NCBI GenBank assembly: GCA_963740315.1
Contig: CAVUDP010000001.1
Coordinates: forward strand, 832,001 to 896,000
DNA: 64,000 nucleotides
Direction: 5' to 3'
From: an uncultured cyanobacterium
GTDB lineage: Bacteria; Cyanobacteriota; Cyanobacteriia; Cyanobacteriales; Nostocaceae
The notes under the pieces are model-generated. The model did no database searches. It was not told the DNA's origin and worked only from the letters and a program-made list of their open reading frames with translations. A program made the translations under genes and the position numbers. This document shows positions 35,413 to 45,298 of this stretch, piece by piece; position 1 is the first letter of the stretch, and every line of letters starts with the position of its first letter.

Positions 35413-36348
35413 TTAGGGATTGTAAATGAATTCGCTTTTTATATAAATACCAGCGCGATCGCCATTTTTGGTTTCACCGATGATATAGATATTTTCTAAA
35501 TAACCGAAACTAAATCTATACATCATCACTTCAGAAAAAGTTTGATTCAAAAATTGATTTATTTGGGTGTATTTTTGATAGATAAAATCCCATTCTTCAG
35601 GTTCATCTACATATTCTTCTTCAAGATCCTCCCCATCTGAATAGAAGCTATGAAATTGACTTAGTTCTAAAATTCTTGAAGTCTGTAAAGCTTTTTCAAT
35701 TGCTGATTCTTTGGTTTTACCAGCAGCGTAAACCATGCGGTAATCATGACTACAGTTATAATTATCAATATCACCACCCTGTAAAATAATTTCTCCAAAC
35801 TTAAAGATAATTTCTTTAGTTTTTAAAATTAAATGTTTTGTGTTTTCTCCCATTTCTTCAAGATTATTTTTTTTATTTTGCCGAGTTCGAGAAATTTGCT
35901 CTTGTGGAATAAATGATTCTGTGTAGACAGTAGGACATACGCTAAACCAATCTCCATCGATTGTTTTACCAACAACTAAACCAACCGGGTTATAAGCAGT
36001 TTTAAGATTAAAATACTCTAACTCTTGTAAATTATCGGTTAATAGTTTAAACAATTCTGGAATTATTCTTGCTTTTTGGTTGATTTCCTCTGTATCTAAA
36101 TCAAATCTATGAAAAGACATCACATATTGCATTACCTGCCAATTTTTAAGTATTACATCATCATCTGTTTGCTTTAACCATCCTTTTGAAAGACTTAACT
36201 TTAACGGATTAAATTCCTCTTGCTTTGATGTCTCCCAAACAAACGGATAAATATATCCACCATCTTCATGCCCAGGAAATCTCATACAACGACAAGATTC
36301 TAAGAAAATTTCTAAAGTTGCTACAATTTTCTTTGTTTCTTTATTCAT
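35413..36348 (-). CDS. Hypothetical protein with two NuiA (nuclease A inhibitor)-like halves
   Basis: LL..NL.EL..F...VVGKTIDGDW and FL...F.EV.MYRF...IYIIGETKNGDRAG; paralog of 44164-45138. Confidence 0.55.
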   Translation of the reverse strand: MNKETKKIVATLEIFLESCRCMRFPGHEDGGYIYPFVWETSKQEEFNPLKLSLSKGWLKQTDDDVILKNWQVMQYVMSFHRFDLDTEEINQKARIIPELFKLLTDNLQELEYFNLKTAYNPVGLVVGKTIDGDWFSVCPTVYTESFIPQEQISRTRQNKKNNLEEMGENTKHLILKTKEIIFKFGEIILQGGDIDNYNCSHDYRMVYAAGKTKESAIEKALQTSRILELSQFHSFYSDGEDLEEEYVDEPEEWDFIYQKYTQINQFLNQTFSEVMMYRFSFGYLENIYIIGETKNGDRAGIYIKSEFIYNP

Positions 36349-36375
36349 GATGTTTTATTTTTTATTTTTCAAGTT

Positions 36376-39009
36376 TTAATTACTATTTGATAATCTTTGA
36401 TTCGCTGCTGCTCTAACAATCCAATTACCATCACGGGCAAGTGTTTCACGTACTTCTAAAGATGTCGCTTGATTCTCAGCAACTGCATATCTTTCTAACC
36501 AAGATGCAGAATTCGCACCTTGATTTAATATTTCCCCTGGTGTAACGGGATGAAGTAGGGTGACAAACCGCACAAAAGCGTTATCTGAATCAGCGTATTC
36601 TGTTAATACGGTTGCTAAATCATCGCTGCTGGGGTTATAAATTCGGGGAAGACTTTGAAGAGTAAAAGTTTGTTGAGTGTCGATTGGTGAAAAAGCATCA
36701 TAATAAATGGTTGGCTTGGTTACTAGTTCCAATGCTTCATTACTTTCACGTTCGCTTTCCAATTCCAATTGAATTTTATAAATATCAAGACGACTGAGAC
36801 TAGGATTTTTGGTTAAATTATGACCGGAAGCAAGCTTTTGAATTAAATCCTTGGGAGTATTGGGATTTTCCGCAACTAATCTTAGAGTATAAGAATTATC
36901 TGTTTGAGCAGCTTTTCTAAGAACACCAACGGGAGCATTAGGATTTTTGATAACGTCTTGAACTCCACCTCTACGACGTTCAGCAATAAATTCTAATACA
37001 GTTATTGGAGTCTGAGGATTTTTAGCAATTTCTTCTTGAACGCTTGGTTTTCCACAGGTAAGCGCTTGTTGCAAATATTCGATACGCTGTTCTTCTGGAG
37101 TTTGAGGATTGTAGGCGATCGCCATCCGAACATCATAATCATTTTCATATTCATAATATCCCCTTGGATTCGGAGGTTCGATAAATTCATCTAGCAAATT
37201 TTCTCTTATAGATGAAGGAGTATTGGGATTACGAATCAAATGTGCTGCAATTACTCGATGGTCTTTATCACTTTGGAATCCGAAATTTCTGAACATCAAA
37301 AGACCAAAAAGAATATGATTTGACCATTCTGAACCCAACCATTCTCTGTCTTTGTATGGAACTCCCCCTCCCATACCAAAATTAAGAAGTATGAATTGGC
37401 TTATACCTTGTAAATATTCAGTTTCTTCCTCGCTCAAAGAAGCTAAAAACTGATTCCAATCTTGTAAGATAGTCTCGCGAAATGCACTATCTTGTTGCAA
37501 CTGAAATAATATTTGTTCTTGGGATTGATAATTGGCTATAAAATTTTGAACCCGATTCAATAAATTTTCTATATCATAAACAGCATTATCAGGTGAAGCG
37601 GACATAAATTGAGATAGTGTATCTATCATTCTGTTGAATGGAGACAATCTATCTGCGATTTGTTCTAACATCGCTATGGGAGTATTACAATTTTCAGCAA
37701 TAATGTTAATAATGTTATTGTCTCGATTATTTATAAACTCTTCTAACAACTGTATTCGTAAAGCCTCTGAAGCCTTTTGATTAAAAGCAACAGCCAATTT
37801 GACTTCAGGATTAGGATATTCAACTAATCTTTCCAAAATTTCTGCTGAAACCTGCCCATGCTTAGCAACATCTACCAAATATCTAATATCATCCTCAACC
37901 CATTTATTTGAAATGCCTGGAGTTGAATTATTACGAATCTCTTGTTCTAATCTTTCCGCTCGCAATACTTCTAAATCAATATTCGCTAATTCAGCTAAAA
38001 TCCAAGTTGGTGTATTTGGCTGTCTCAACAAAAAATAATCGTATTTATATTTCCAAGGTGCTGTACTTATAAATGTTTCTCGGAAAAATCGCTCTAATAT
38101 ACTCGCTGGTAAATCGTCCTTGTTTTGAATTAAATTTTTATAATCAGCAAACAACTGATGCAATGTCTCTTCAGCAATATTCGGATGTTCTACAACAGCA
38201 CCTTGAATTTGTTTATCAGAATTTTCCGCTAAAACAGCCAGAACATCCGCACTCGTTCCCGGATTCTTCGCTACAGCTAACCTTATCCGAAATTCCTCAT
38301 CCGCTGCCAACTTGATCAAAGTATCTTCCGGAGCAAAAGGATTTTCCGCTACCGTCAACCTCACCCAACCCCAACGACTCTCCCCCAAATCTTCCAAATC
38401 TCGAATATCCGCATCCCAATCCCCAGCCAAATCATGCTGAATTTTCACCAACTCGATCGCATCCGACGGACAATTTTGGTTAAATTCCACCGCTAACCGT
38501 ACCGCTAAATCCAAATCTCCAGCTAACAATTCCAACAGTGAAACCGGAGTTTCTTTATATTCCGCTACCTGCAAACGTGCTTCTAATTCCCCTTCTTGCG
38601 CTAACCTTTCTAACAACTGCAACCGATACCGCAGCGGCATATATTCATTTTTCAATCCTTGAATTAACCGATTCACCGGAACCCATTCACTCAAAAAATC
38701 GGGAGGTACGGGAGCAAATTTCATCAACTCCACTGCTAAAGAGTCATTTTCTCCCAAATCCTTATTTCGCAACACTTCCGAAACAACTTTCCGATAATCT
38801 TCCCTTACTTCACCCACCCAATTAACGTGTAATCTCGCAACTTCCACAACTGTGGAATAATCGCTGTTAACTAAAACCGCTAAAAGACTGCGGGGAGTTT
38901 CGCGAAAAGTAGCAACAGCAATCTGCATTTCCTCGGATTCCCCCAACAATTCTGGAGCATCCAAAAATCTTTGTAAATCCCCTGTACTAACCCTGTAAAG
39001 TGACTGCAT
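36376..39009 (-). CDS. LRV/HEAT-like alpha-solenoid repeat protein
   Basis: Many VAxNPxTPxxxLxxLA repeats, LHVNW.GE motif; paralog of 45299-47926. Confidence 0.8.
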   Translation of the reverse strand: MQSLYRVSTGDLQRFLDAPELLGESEEMQIAVATFRETPRSLLAVLVNSDYSTVVEVARLHVNWVGEVREDYRKVVSEVLRNKDLGENDSLAVELMKFAPVPPDFLSEWVPVNRLIQGLKNEYMPLRYRLQLLERLAQEGELEARLQVAEYKETPVSLLELLAGDLDLAVRLAVEFNQNCPSDAIELVKIQHDLAGDWDADIRDLEDLGESRWGWVRLTVAENPFAPEDTLIKLAADEEFRIRLAVAKNPGTSADVLAVLAENSDKQIQGAVVEHPNIAEETLHQLFADYKNLIQNKDDLPASILERFFRETFISTAPWKYKYDYFLLRQPNTPTWILAELANIDLEVLRAERLEQEIRNNSTPGISNKWVEDDIRYLVDVAKHGQVSAEILERLVEYPNPEVKLAVAFNQKASEALRIQLLEEFINNRDNNIINIIAENCNTPIAMLEQIADRLSPFNRMIDTLSQFMSASPDNAVYDIENLLNRVQNFIANYQSQEQILFQLQQDSAFRETILQDWNQFLASLSEEETEYLQGISQFILLNFGMGGGVPYKDREWLGSEWSNHILFGLLMFRNFGFQSDKDHRVIAAHLIRNPNTPSSIRENLLDEFIEPPNPRGYYEYENDYDVRMAIAYNPQTPEEQRIEYLQQALTCGKPSVQEEIAKNPQTPITVLEFIAERRRGGVQDVIKNPNAPVGVLRKAAQTDNSYTLRLVAENPNTPKDLIQKLASGHNLTKNPSLSRLDIYKIQLELESERESNEALELVTKPTIYYDAFSPIDTQQTFTLQSLPRIYNPSSDDLATVLTEYADSDNAFVRFVTLLHPVTPGEILNQGANSASWLERYAVAENQATSLEVRETLARDGNWIVRAAANQRLSNSN

Positions 39010-39030
39010 AATTCTAAATTTATCTTTTAT

Positions 39031-39044
39031 AGTACTAATATACT
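39031..39044. promoter_or_regulatory. Putative cyanobacterial LexA box (one mismatch)
   Basis: AGTAC-TAA-T-ATACT versus RGTACNNNDGTWCB; overlaps a minus-strand TTGACA-16-TATATT promoter. Confidence 0.5.
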
Positions 39045-39253
39045 ATTATTCTGTGGATTGTCAAAAGTTTGATTATTAAACTTATGATTCCCCAAATGAA
39101 GATAAAAATATGCAGATAATTATTTGTATAAAGTTTGTAGTAGCGCTAGTCTTCGAGCCTATTTTTTGTAAGTGAAGAAGATTGCTGAAGAGAAAAAACC
39201 TTACTAGACGCAGAGTACGCTGAGGGAAGAAGTGGAGAGGATTAATAAAAGAT

Positions 39254-39315
39254 GGTGCGTGACGCTAGAGAATTGTAAGTACATCGCAAATCGATCGAAG
39301 CGTCACACACCCTAC
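39254..39315 (-). repeat. GTAG-type REP with long loop
   Basis: Reverse complement GTAG GGTGTGTGACGCT-(32 nt)-AGCGTCACGCACC. Confidence 0.75.
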
Positions 39316-39345
39316 AAAAAACTCTCAATCTCTTGTGGGATATTC

Positions 39346-40005
39346 TTACAACAATCCCCGATAATGAATAAACGTCAAAAGAACTGCCCAAGAACCCAAG
39401 GCAACTTTGATCGCAACTAAAAAGTTCAATAAGGGCAAAACCCCGCCGCTAAATAAGGTACCTAATTCGCCATGAGGTAGTTCAAATCCAGATAGTTTAA
39501 TTACAGCCAATACAATAAAAATCAAAACGGAAATCTTCTCCCATTTTGAAGCGTACCATTTCTTATAAATTGCCTGCATCCATTCTGAGGAGGAGGTTAT
39601 CGCCACCAAACCGATCGCTGTACCACCAGCGACTCCCGCAGCAAAACCACCACCGGGGCTGAGATGTCCGCGAATGGCTAACTCGATACCTACTAAGGCT
39701 GCAATTGTCGCACCCAATCGGGCTAATATAATTGAAGGGCGATCGTTGAAATGATAAATCGTACAAAATGGTCTTTCGTTTGCCAGCATATAGGTGGCTC
39801 CCATGATGGCGATTGTAAACACGACGACTTCAAAAATGGTGTCGTAAAGCCGATTCCGAAAGATGATACCGGATACTGCATTGGGTACTCCGCTATCTTG
39901 TACGACTGCTTGAACAATCGATATTGATAATTCTCCTTCTGGATTTGCTACGAGCAACATTTTTACAAATAGCGCCATCCCAGCAACTATATATATCCAT
40001 TTCAT
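39346..40005 (-). CDS. mnhB: Mrp/Mnh Na+/H+ antiporter subunit B
   Basis: NAVSGI..RLYDTIFE and GHLSPGGGFAAG. Confidence 0.88.
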   Translation of the reverse strand: MKWIYIVAGMALFVKMLLVANPEGELSISIVQAVVQDSGVPNAVSGIIFRNRLYDTIFEVVVFTIAIMGATYMLANERPFCTIYHFNDRPSIILARLGATIAALVGIELAIRGHLSPGGGFAAGVAGGTAIGLVAITSSSEWMQAIYKKWYASKWEKISVLIFIVLAVIKLSGFELPHGELGTLFSGGVLPLLNFLVAIKVALGSWAVLLTFIHYRGLL

Positions 40006-40583
40006 AGCGGTTGCTCCTCTAATTTGGGTAAATTATCATCTATTGAATTTGCGTAATTCAAAATCGTTTGAGGGGATGAAAGTTCGGTTTGCATGATGTC
40101 GTAGATCCGCTGAATACGAATTGTAGTTCGTAATGGTATGTCTACATCTAAATGATGAGTACAGGTTGCGTGGATTTCTTTTTCACTCATAGCTCGCTGT
40201 AAAGCATGAATATCGTTGTAATGTACTAATTCCAATCGCATATGACGCTTATTTAAAATCCTGCGGAAGTCAGCGGTTAAGTCTATAAAAGCTGGTTCTT
40301 GTTCGAGATGATGGGCTGCGTCTGCCAATACTCCGACACGCAATACTAAGGACGATCGCACGGCTACGGCATACAGGGTAATTGCTAACAAAGTACCCAT
40401 CAAAGCTTCAGTTAAAGCGACATCCGCAGCACCCAAAACGGCATAAACTAAAGCTGCGATCGCACCTAATATTCCCCTTAGTGCTAAAGCATGGTAGGGA
40501 TTAACTTGAAGTACTACCAAGCAGGACGTTAAAGGGAGTAAAGCAACGATAATATAAAGATAAATATCAAGATTTTCGTTCAT
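40002..40583 (-). CDS. DUF4040 Mrp/Mnh antiporter-associated subunit
   Basis: LGAADVALTEALMG motif; operon context. Confidence 0.8.
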   Translation of the reverse strand: MNENLDIYLYIIVALLPLTSCLVVLQVNPYHALALRGILGAIAALVYAVLGAADVALTEALMGTLLAITLYAVAVRSSLVLRVGVLADAAHHLEQEPAFIDLTADFRRILNKRHMRLELVHYNDIHALQRAMSEKEIHATCTHHLDVDIPLRTTIRIQRIYDIMQTELSSPQTILNYANSIDDNLPKLEEQPL

Positions 40584-40854
40584 TTTCCTCTCCTTCACCG
40601 GAACAGTAAGCTAAAACGTAACCAAGCATGGTGTTCCAAATTGCTAAGGTGATGATGGCAAGAACAAACAACGTCCATTCTGATGGTCTTTTTAACAGCA
40701 ATCCGAAAACAATGGCAATTGAACCAAGGGTATCTGCGACAGAAAGACTGTGTAATTTAAATAAAACGGAGCGCTTCCCCAACAAAGGAAAAGTACCCCA
40801 AAACCAAAAGAAAATCCCGACACCAATACAGATATAGCTAAGTATATTTATCAT
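40567..40854 (-). CDS. mnhG: Mrp/Mnh antiporter subunit G
   Basis: KLHSLSVADTLG motif, 3 TMs. Confidence 0.85.
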   Translation of the reverse strand: MINILSYICIGVGIFFWFWGTFPLLGKRSVLFKLHSLSVADTLGSIAIVFGLLLKRPSEWTLFVLAIITLAIWNTMLGYVLAYCSGEGEENERKS

Positions 40855-41116
40855 TTTCTCTTAAACGTTTGAGTATATGTGCTAACAACATTATTCCGGC
40901 ATCACCGACGCTGAGGATAAGTACTGCAACTACGCCAATCATCCAATCATCCCGGATTACGGATACCATCAAAGCGATGATGGCTGTTTTGGTGGAAATA
41001 CTCGCAAATGCCAGCATTGTCTGCCAGATATTTTCATCCTTCCAAGCTTCGTAGATGGGTATTAGCAAAGCTAGAAGCATGGCAAATAAAATTATCAGAT
41101 TTATATTTATATTCAC
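40838..41116 (-). CDS. mnhF: Mrp/Mnh antiporter subunit F-like
   Basis: Small 3-TM protein between the E and G subunits. Confidence 0.7.
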   Translation of the reverse strand: MNININLIILFAMLLALLIPIYEAWKDENIWQTMLAFASISTKTAIIALMVSVIRDDWMIGVVAVLILSVGDAGIMLLAHILKRLRENDKYT

Positions 41117-41499
41117 TATTCTGCCCTCTTCGGTAGCACTCGATGTACTTCATACCAGCCATCTTGGCGGTATTTATAAACAATGGTTTTCGGTGTAAAG
41201 GTAATTAGAAAGATATCTAAAAATATCAATCGGGAAGATCGCTTTGGTGGAATCTTTTCTAAAATTACATCTTCATGTTGGTGAGGACGAATAATGATTT
41301 CAAAGGCTTCAATATAAGCTTGGGGAATCGCCAGAACAATTTTACCCAGCACAGTTAACCAATCTTTCAATACTTCTTTGGATGGATAACCACGCGGTAA
41401 AGCAAAAGCAATAATTATACCGATGATGATATTGGCAACGCTCAAATCGGATGTGAGCAGAAACCAGATAGTTAGTCTTAATATGAGATTTCCAACCAT
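41116..41499 (-). CDS. mnhE: Mrp/Mnh antiporter subunit E
   Basis: IWFLLT, ITFTPKT, VH motif. Confidence 0.82.
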   Translation of the reverse strand: MVGNLILRLTIWFLLTSDLSVANIIIGIIIAFALPRGYPSKEVLKDWLTVLGKIVLAIPQAYIEAFEIIIRPHQHEDVILEKIPPKRSSRLIFLDIFLITFTPKTIVYKYRQDGWYEVHRVLPKRAE

Positions 41500-42923
41500 G
41501 AAAATGCCATCCAAAATAGTAAAATTGCAACAAGACTCATTACACCGATTAAATGCTCAAACTCTTCAAGTACGTGGGGTAATTTCAAAGCGGTGCGTTT
41601 AAATATCAAGAAATACAGCAACCAGCCCCCAGCTAAAGTTACAAATGCTTTGGCAATATTGTAGATGGTATAAGCTTCGAGATAAAGAACATTAGCGGTA
41701 ATCAACCAACCCAACAAAAGCACGATCGCAGCCCAAAAACCGGGCTTTGGTTTTTCTCCTTCTCCATGCGGTAAAAAGATAAATTTGGCATATACTATTA
41801 CCGTTCCCACAACGGCAACGTTCATTGCAATTTCTTGCCAAGGCAATAAATTCTTCATCGTCAAAGCTTTGGCACTAAACCCCGTCAACAAGGGAAAACC
41901 CGATATTGATAAACTCGCTATAACTAAAACAATCCAAGTTGCAGTATTAATGGGTTTATTTTGCAATTCCTTTAAGCTACGACTGGGTAAATTACCAGCA
42001 GTCAAAAATAACGCCGATTTTGCTAAACCGTGCGCTAAAGCATAATAACCTCCGACTAAAGGTGCAGCCAGAATCCAACCCAATTGGGAAATCGTACTTG
42101 AAGCTAATACCCGCTTGGTGTCGTTTTCAAATAAAGCGTAGATTATTCCTAAAAAAGCGGTTGCTATTCCGAAACTCCTAACAATCGGATCTATATCTTC
42201 GACAATTAAGGCACACCGCACCATCGGATAAACTCCAGCTTTAACCACAACCCCCGATAGCAAAGCCGAAACGGGAGTCTCGGATTCCGCATGAGTTAAA
42301 GGCAGCCACAATCCCGATACAAAAACCCCTCCCTTAACTAAAAGCCCGACAAAAATTAAAGCCAAAGCTTCCGGTGGAGCTTTACCCAAACCTGCATAAT
42401 TAAAGGAATGAGTAGCTTGATAAACCAGCACCGCACCGATTAAATAAAATAGCATTGCCGTATTGCTGATAAACAGATAGCGTAAAGCCACCCAAATCGA
42501 ACGATCTGTACGTGGATAGGCAATTAACAAAAATGCTGCAATCCCGCTGACTTCCAAAGCCACATATAAACTAATAAAATCCGTACAGGCAAATGCTGCA
42601 TTGACGCTGCCATGCACAATAATAGCTTGAGTGTAGAAAAAAGCTGATTTATCGCTACGCCAACAATATAAGATAACTGCGGCAGTTACCAAAGCATTAG
42701 TTAAGATAAAATAGCCGCTTAACTCATCGACGGATAAAGTTACGCCAAAATTATCAACTAATTCCAACGTTAATGGCGATCGCTGGATAAATAATATTAA
42801 TGCATATGCGAAAGAAGCAACCGTCCCCAACAATGCCAGATAGCGGGCAAGTTTGGGAATAAGATAGATAGTGAATCCTAAAAAAAACGGCAGAGTTGCC
42901 CAAACAATGGTAATGATGTTCAT
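41478..42923 (-). CDS. mnhD: Mrp/Mnh antiporter subunit D
   Basis: DFISLYVALEV, LWLPLTHAES, SALLSGVVVK, KRVLASSTISQLG. Confidence 0.92.
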   Translation of the reverse strand: MNIITIVWATLPFFLGFTIYLIPKLARYLALLGTVASFAYALILFIQRSPLTLELVDNFGVTLSVDELSGYFILTNALVTAAVILYCWRSDKSAFFYTQAIIVHGSVNAAFACTDFISLYVALEVSGIAAFLLIAYPRTDRSIWVALRYLFISNTAMLFYLIGAVLVYQATHSFNYAGLGKAPPEALALIFVGLLVKGGVFVSGLWLPLTHAESETPVSALLSGVVVKAGVYPMVRCALIVEDIDPIVRSFGIATAFLGIIYALFENDTKRVLASSTISQLGWILAAPLVGGYYALAHGLAKSALFLTAGNLPSRSLKELQNKPINTATWIVLVIASLSISGFPLLTGFSAKALTMKNLLPWQEIAMNVAVVGTVIVYAKFIFLPHGEGEKPKPGFWAAIVLLLGWLITANVLYLEAYTIYNIAKAFVTLAGGWLLYFLIFKRTALKLPHVLEEFEHLIGVMSLVAILLFWMAFSWLEISY

Positions 42924-43255
42924 GGTGTGTTATTTTTCTCAATTTCACTACTTTCCAAAGTGGGATTATCCCGAGCCAACTTCATTACACCAACCAACAT
43001 CAGAGCTTGAATTGAAAAGCCAATTACAATAGCTGTTAAAATTACCGCTTGAGGAACTGGATCTGCATAAGCACGATTCTCCACACCCGAAAAAATCGGC
43101 GTAAACAAACCATTTCGAGATGCGATCGCGACATAATAGGCAATAACTCCAGTACTCATCACATCCATAGCCACGATTTTCATCACCAAATTTTTTTTAA
43201 AGATGATGCCGAAAAATCCGCATAATACTGTTGCAAGGATAAAAGCTTCTAACAC
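42920..43255 (-). CDS. mnhC: Mrp/Mnh antiporter subunit C
   Basis: DPVPQAVILTAIVIGF; GTG start. Confidence 0.92.
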   Translation of the reverse strand: MLEAFILATVLCGFFGIIFKKNLVMKIVAMDVMSTGVIAYYVAIASRNGLFTPIFSGVENRAYADPVPQAVILTAIVIGFSIQALMLVGVMKLARDNPTLESSEIEKNNTP

Positions 43256-43680
43256 AAGTTTTGTTTTTTAGGTAAGGTTTCGTTATAATTATTTTCTATG
43301 AAGTGTATTATTTTTGATTTATAGGGGTTTGGTATATCTAGGGTAATAGAAGATATACGAAAAACCATCAATTAAAATATTTTTTAACTGAGTAAAAATA
43401 ATACGAATGCTTTGTTAAGAGTAGGCTCTAGTTAGAGAATTAGCGTTATTTAAAGATTTTACATATCCCGATTTATATAACTTTTTAATAAAATACGAAG
43501 GAGGAAAGCGTTTTTGAGTTTGTAGAACGCGGTTAATATACGCATGGATCTTGATACTTCACCCTGTTCTTAAGAATTGATTAATGTCTTATATATACAA
43601 TAAATGGTAATAGGTGTTCAAAGCAAGGAATTGGTGATAGGTGATTGGCGATGGGTAATTGAGAATAGATTGTAAAATTA

Positions 43681-44158
43681 ACCTGGCGATTAAATATGCC
43701 GCACAAGCGCGGTGAACACGGCTACACGCCGCATTACCCACCGTGGCAGAAGTTTAAGATTATTTATAATATTGATTTGTAGGGTGTGTGACGCTCTTAT
43801 AAATTTGGTTTGTAATTAAAAGAGTATTAGCCTCACGCACCATCGGTAAACTAGTAGTGCGTTTCATTTGTTCTGATGGGTTGTAGAGACGTTATACATA
43901 ACGTCTCCCAAAGTTTACCGAGAAAACAAACCCGTCAAATTTAATGCAAAGGACTACTAGGGTGAAATCGAAAAAAACTGTCATCGTGGTGAAAAACCTG
44001 GCGAATATAATATGCCGCACAAGCGCGGTGAACGCGGCTACACAAGCAAAACCTACCTGCGTAGGTTTAAGAATATTTATAATATTGATTTGTAGGGTGT
44101 GTGACGCTCTTATAAATTTGGTTTGTAATTAAAAGAGTATTAGCGTCACGCACCATCG
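43681..44158. repeat. Two ~165-bp direct repeats (43681-43845, 43996-44158), each a short dispersed repeat plus a GTAG REP
   Basis: ACCTGGCGA..ATGCCGCACAAGCGCGGTGAAC..GGCTACAC...GTAGGGTGTGTGACGCTCTTATAAATTTGG...TCACGCACCATCG in both; related to 35215-35400. Confidence 0.85.
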
Positions 44159-44163
44159 ACGAA

Positions 44164-45138
44164 TCAAGGATTGTAATCAAATTCGCTATTAAGCATTAAA
44201 CCAACTCGGTCATTTTCTGCGGATTCTCCAATTATGAATACTTGTGTATAATCCCAAAAGCGGAATGTATACATCGTTAATTCTGCAAATTTGGCTTTGA
44301 GAAACGAATTTAAATGTTGATATTTATTGTATAGTTCTTCCCCTTCTTCTTCAGAACCATCACAATAAAAAATATCATCTTGATTATCTGGGTAAAAGGT
44401 TTGAAATTTACCGATTTTGAGAAACCCAGATTTAATTAAAGCATTTTGTAGCGTTGTTTCTTTTGTAGAAGCGGTTTGATAAATAATTTGATGATGATAA
44501 GTTTGTTCGTAACCGCCGTCATAATGTCCGTAAGTCAAAACAGGTGTTAAGGATTCAAGAATTTTATCAATTTGAGATTCTAAATCGGTGTTTGGTTTAT
44601 TTGGCAATATTTCTGTATTATTTTGGGTAACTATAATATCGCTGAAATCTGGAGTTTCTTGAGGTACGGTAGAAGTGACACAAATCCAGCTTTCATCATC
44701 AAGTTGTCCAGCGATCGCAAAACAGGAATAATCTGCCGAACAACTAAATTGATAAACCTGTAAGTTTTTTAAATCGGATTTTAAAAGGTTTGATAGCTGC
44801 TGGTAGATATTTTTGCGCTGTTGGAATTCTGGGGATTTTCTATCTACTTCATCTTCTTCGTCTTCAAAAACACAATCTGCATAAAAATTATCACCTCCGG
44901 GTGTTGGAACACCCATTTGTTCTATTTCCTGCCAATTATTAATAGCAATTTCAATATCTGTGTTTCTCATCCAACCTTGAGAATGAAGTAGAGATATTAA
45001 ATTGAATTTTCCTTTTACAGAAGATTGCCAGTAGAAAGGTTTCCATTCCGATGTGTGGTTAAAACGAAGACGACAGATGATTTCTTCTTGGAGTAGAACT
45101 TCGAGGGTTGCTAGGAGTTTATTTGTTGAAGGGTTCAT
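44164..45138 (-). CDS. Hypothetical protein with two NuiA-like halves
   Basis: LLKSDLKNLQVYQF...IAGQLDDESW and FLKAKF.ELTMYTF...FIIGESAENDRVG; shares the SEFxYNP terminus with 35413-36348. Confidence 0.55.
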   Translation of the reverse strand: MNPSTNKLLATLEVLLQEEIICRLRFNHTSEWKPFYWQSSVKGKFNLISLLHSQGWMRNTDIEIAINNWQEIEQMGVPTPGGDNFYADCVFEDEEDEVDRKSPEFQQRKNIYQQLSNLLKSDLKNLQVYQFSCSADYSCFAIAGQLDDESWICVTSTVPQETPDFSDIIVTQNNTEILPNKPNTDLESQIDKILESLTPVLTYGHYDGGYEQTYHHQIIYQTASTKETTLQNALIKSGFLKIGKFQTFYPDNQDDIFYCDGSEEEGEELYNKYQHLNSFLKAKFAELTMYTFRFWDYTQVFIIGESAENDRVGLMLNSEFDYNP

Positions 45139-45218
45139 AAATTTGGTTTTGGGATTAAGAGGAATAAACCGCAGAGAGCGCAGAGTACGCAGAGGAAAGA
45201 GTTAAAGAGACATAGTTT

Positions 45219-45282
45219 GTAGGGTGTGTGACGCTTTTAGAAATTATGTAATATAAACGATGGTGTATTAGCGTCACGCACC
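45219..45282 (+). repeat. GTAG-type REP with long loop
   Basis: GTAG GGTGTGTGACGCT-(34 nt)-AGCGTCACGCACC. Confidence 0.75.
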
Positions 45283-45298
45283 AATCGGAAATTTTGTT

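Noticed and set aside
39346..43255. mrp operon lacking a full-size MrpA subunit
   Set aside because: A C-D-E-F-G-DUF4040-B layout is an ordinary cyanobacterial arrangement as far as I know, so it is not treated as novel.
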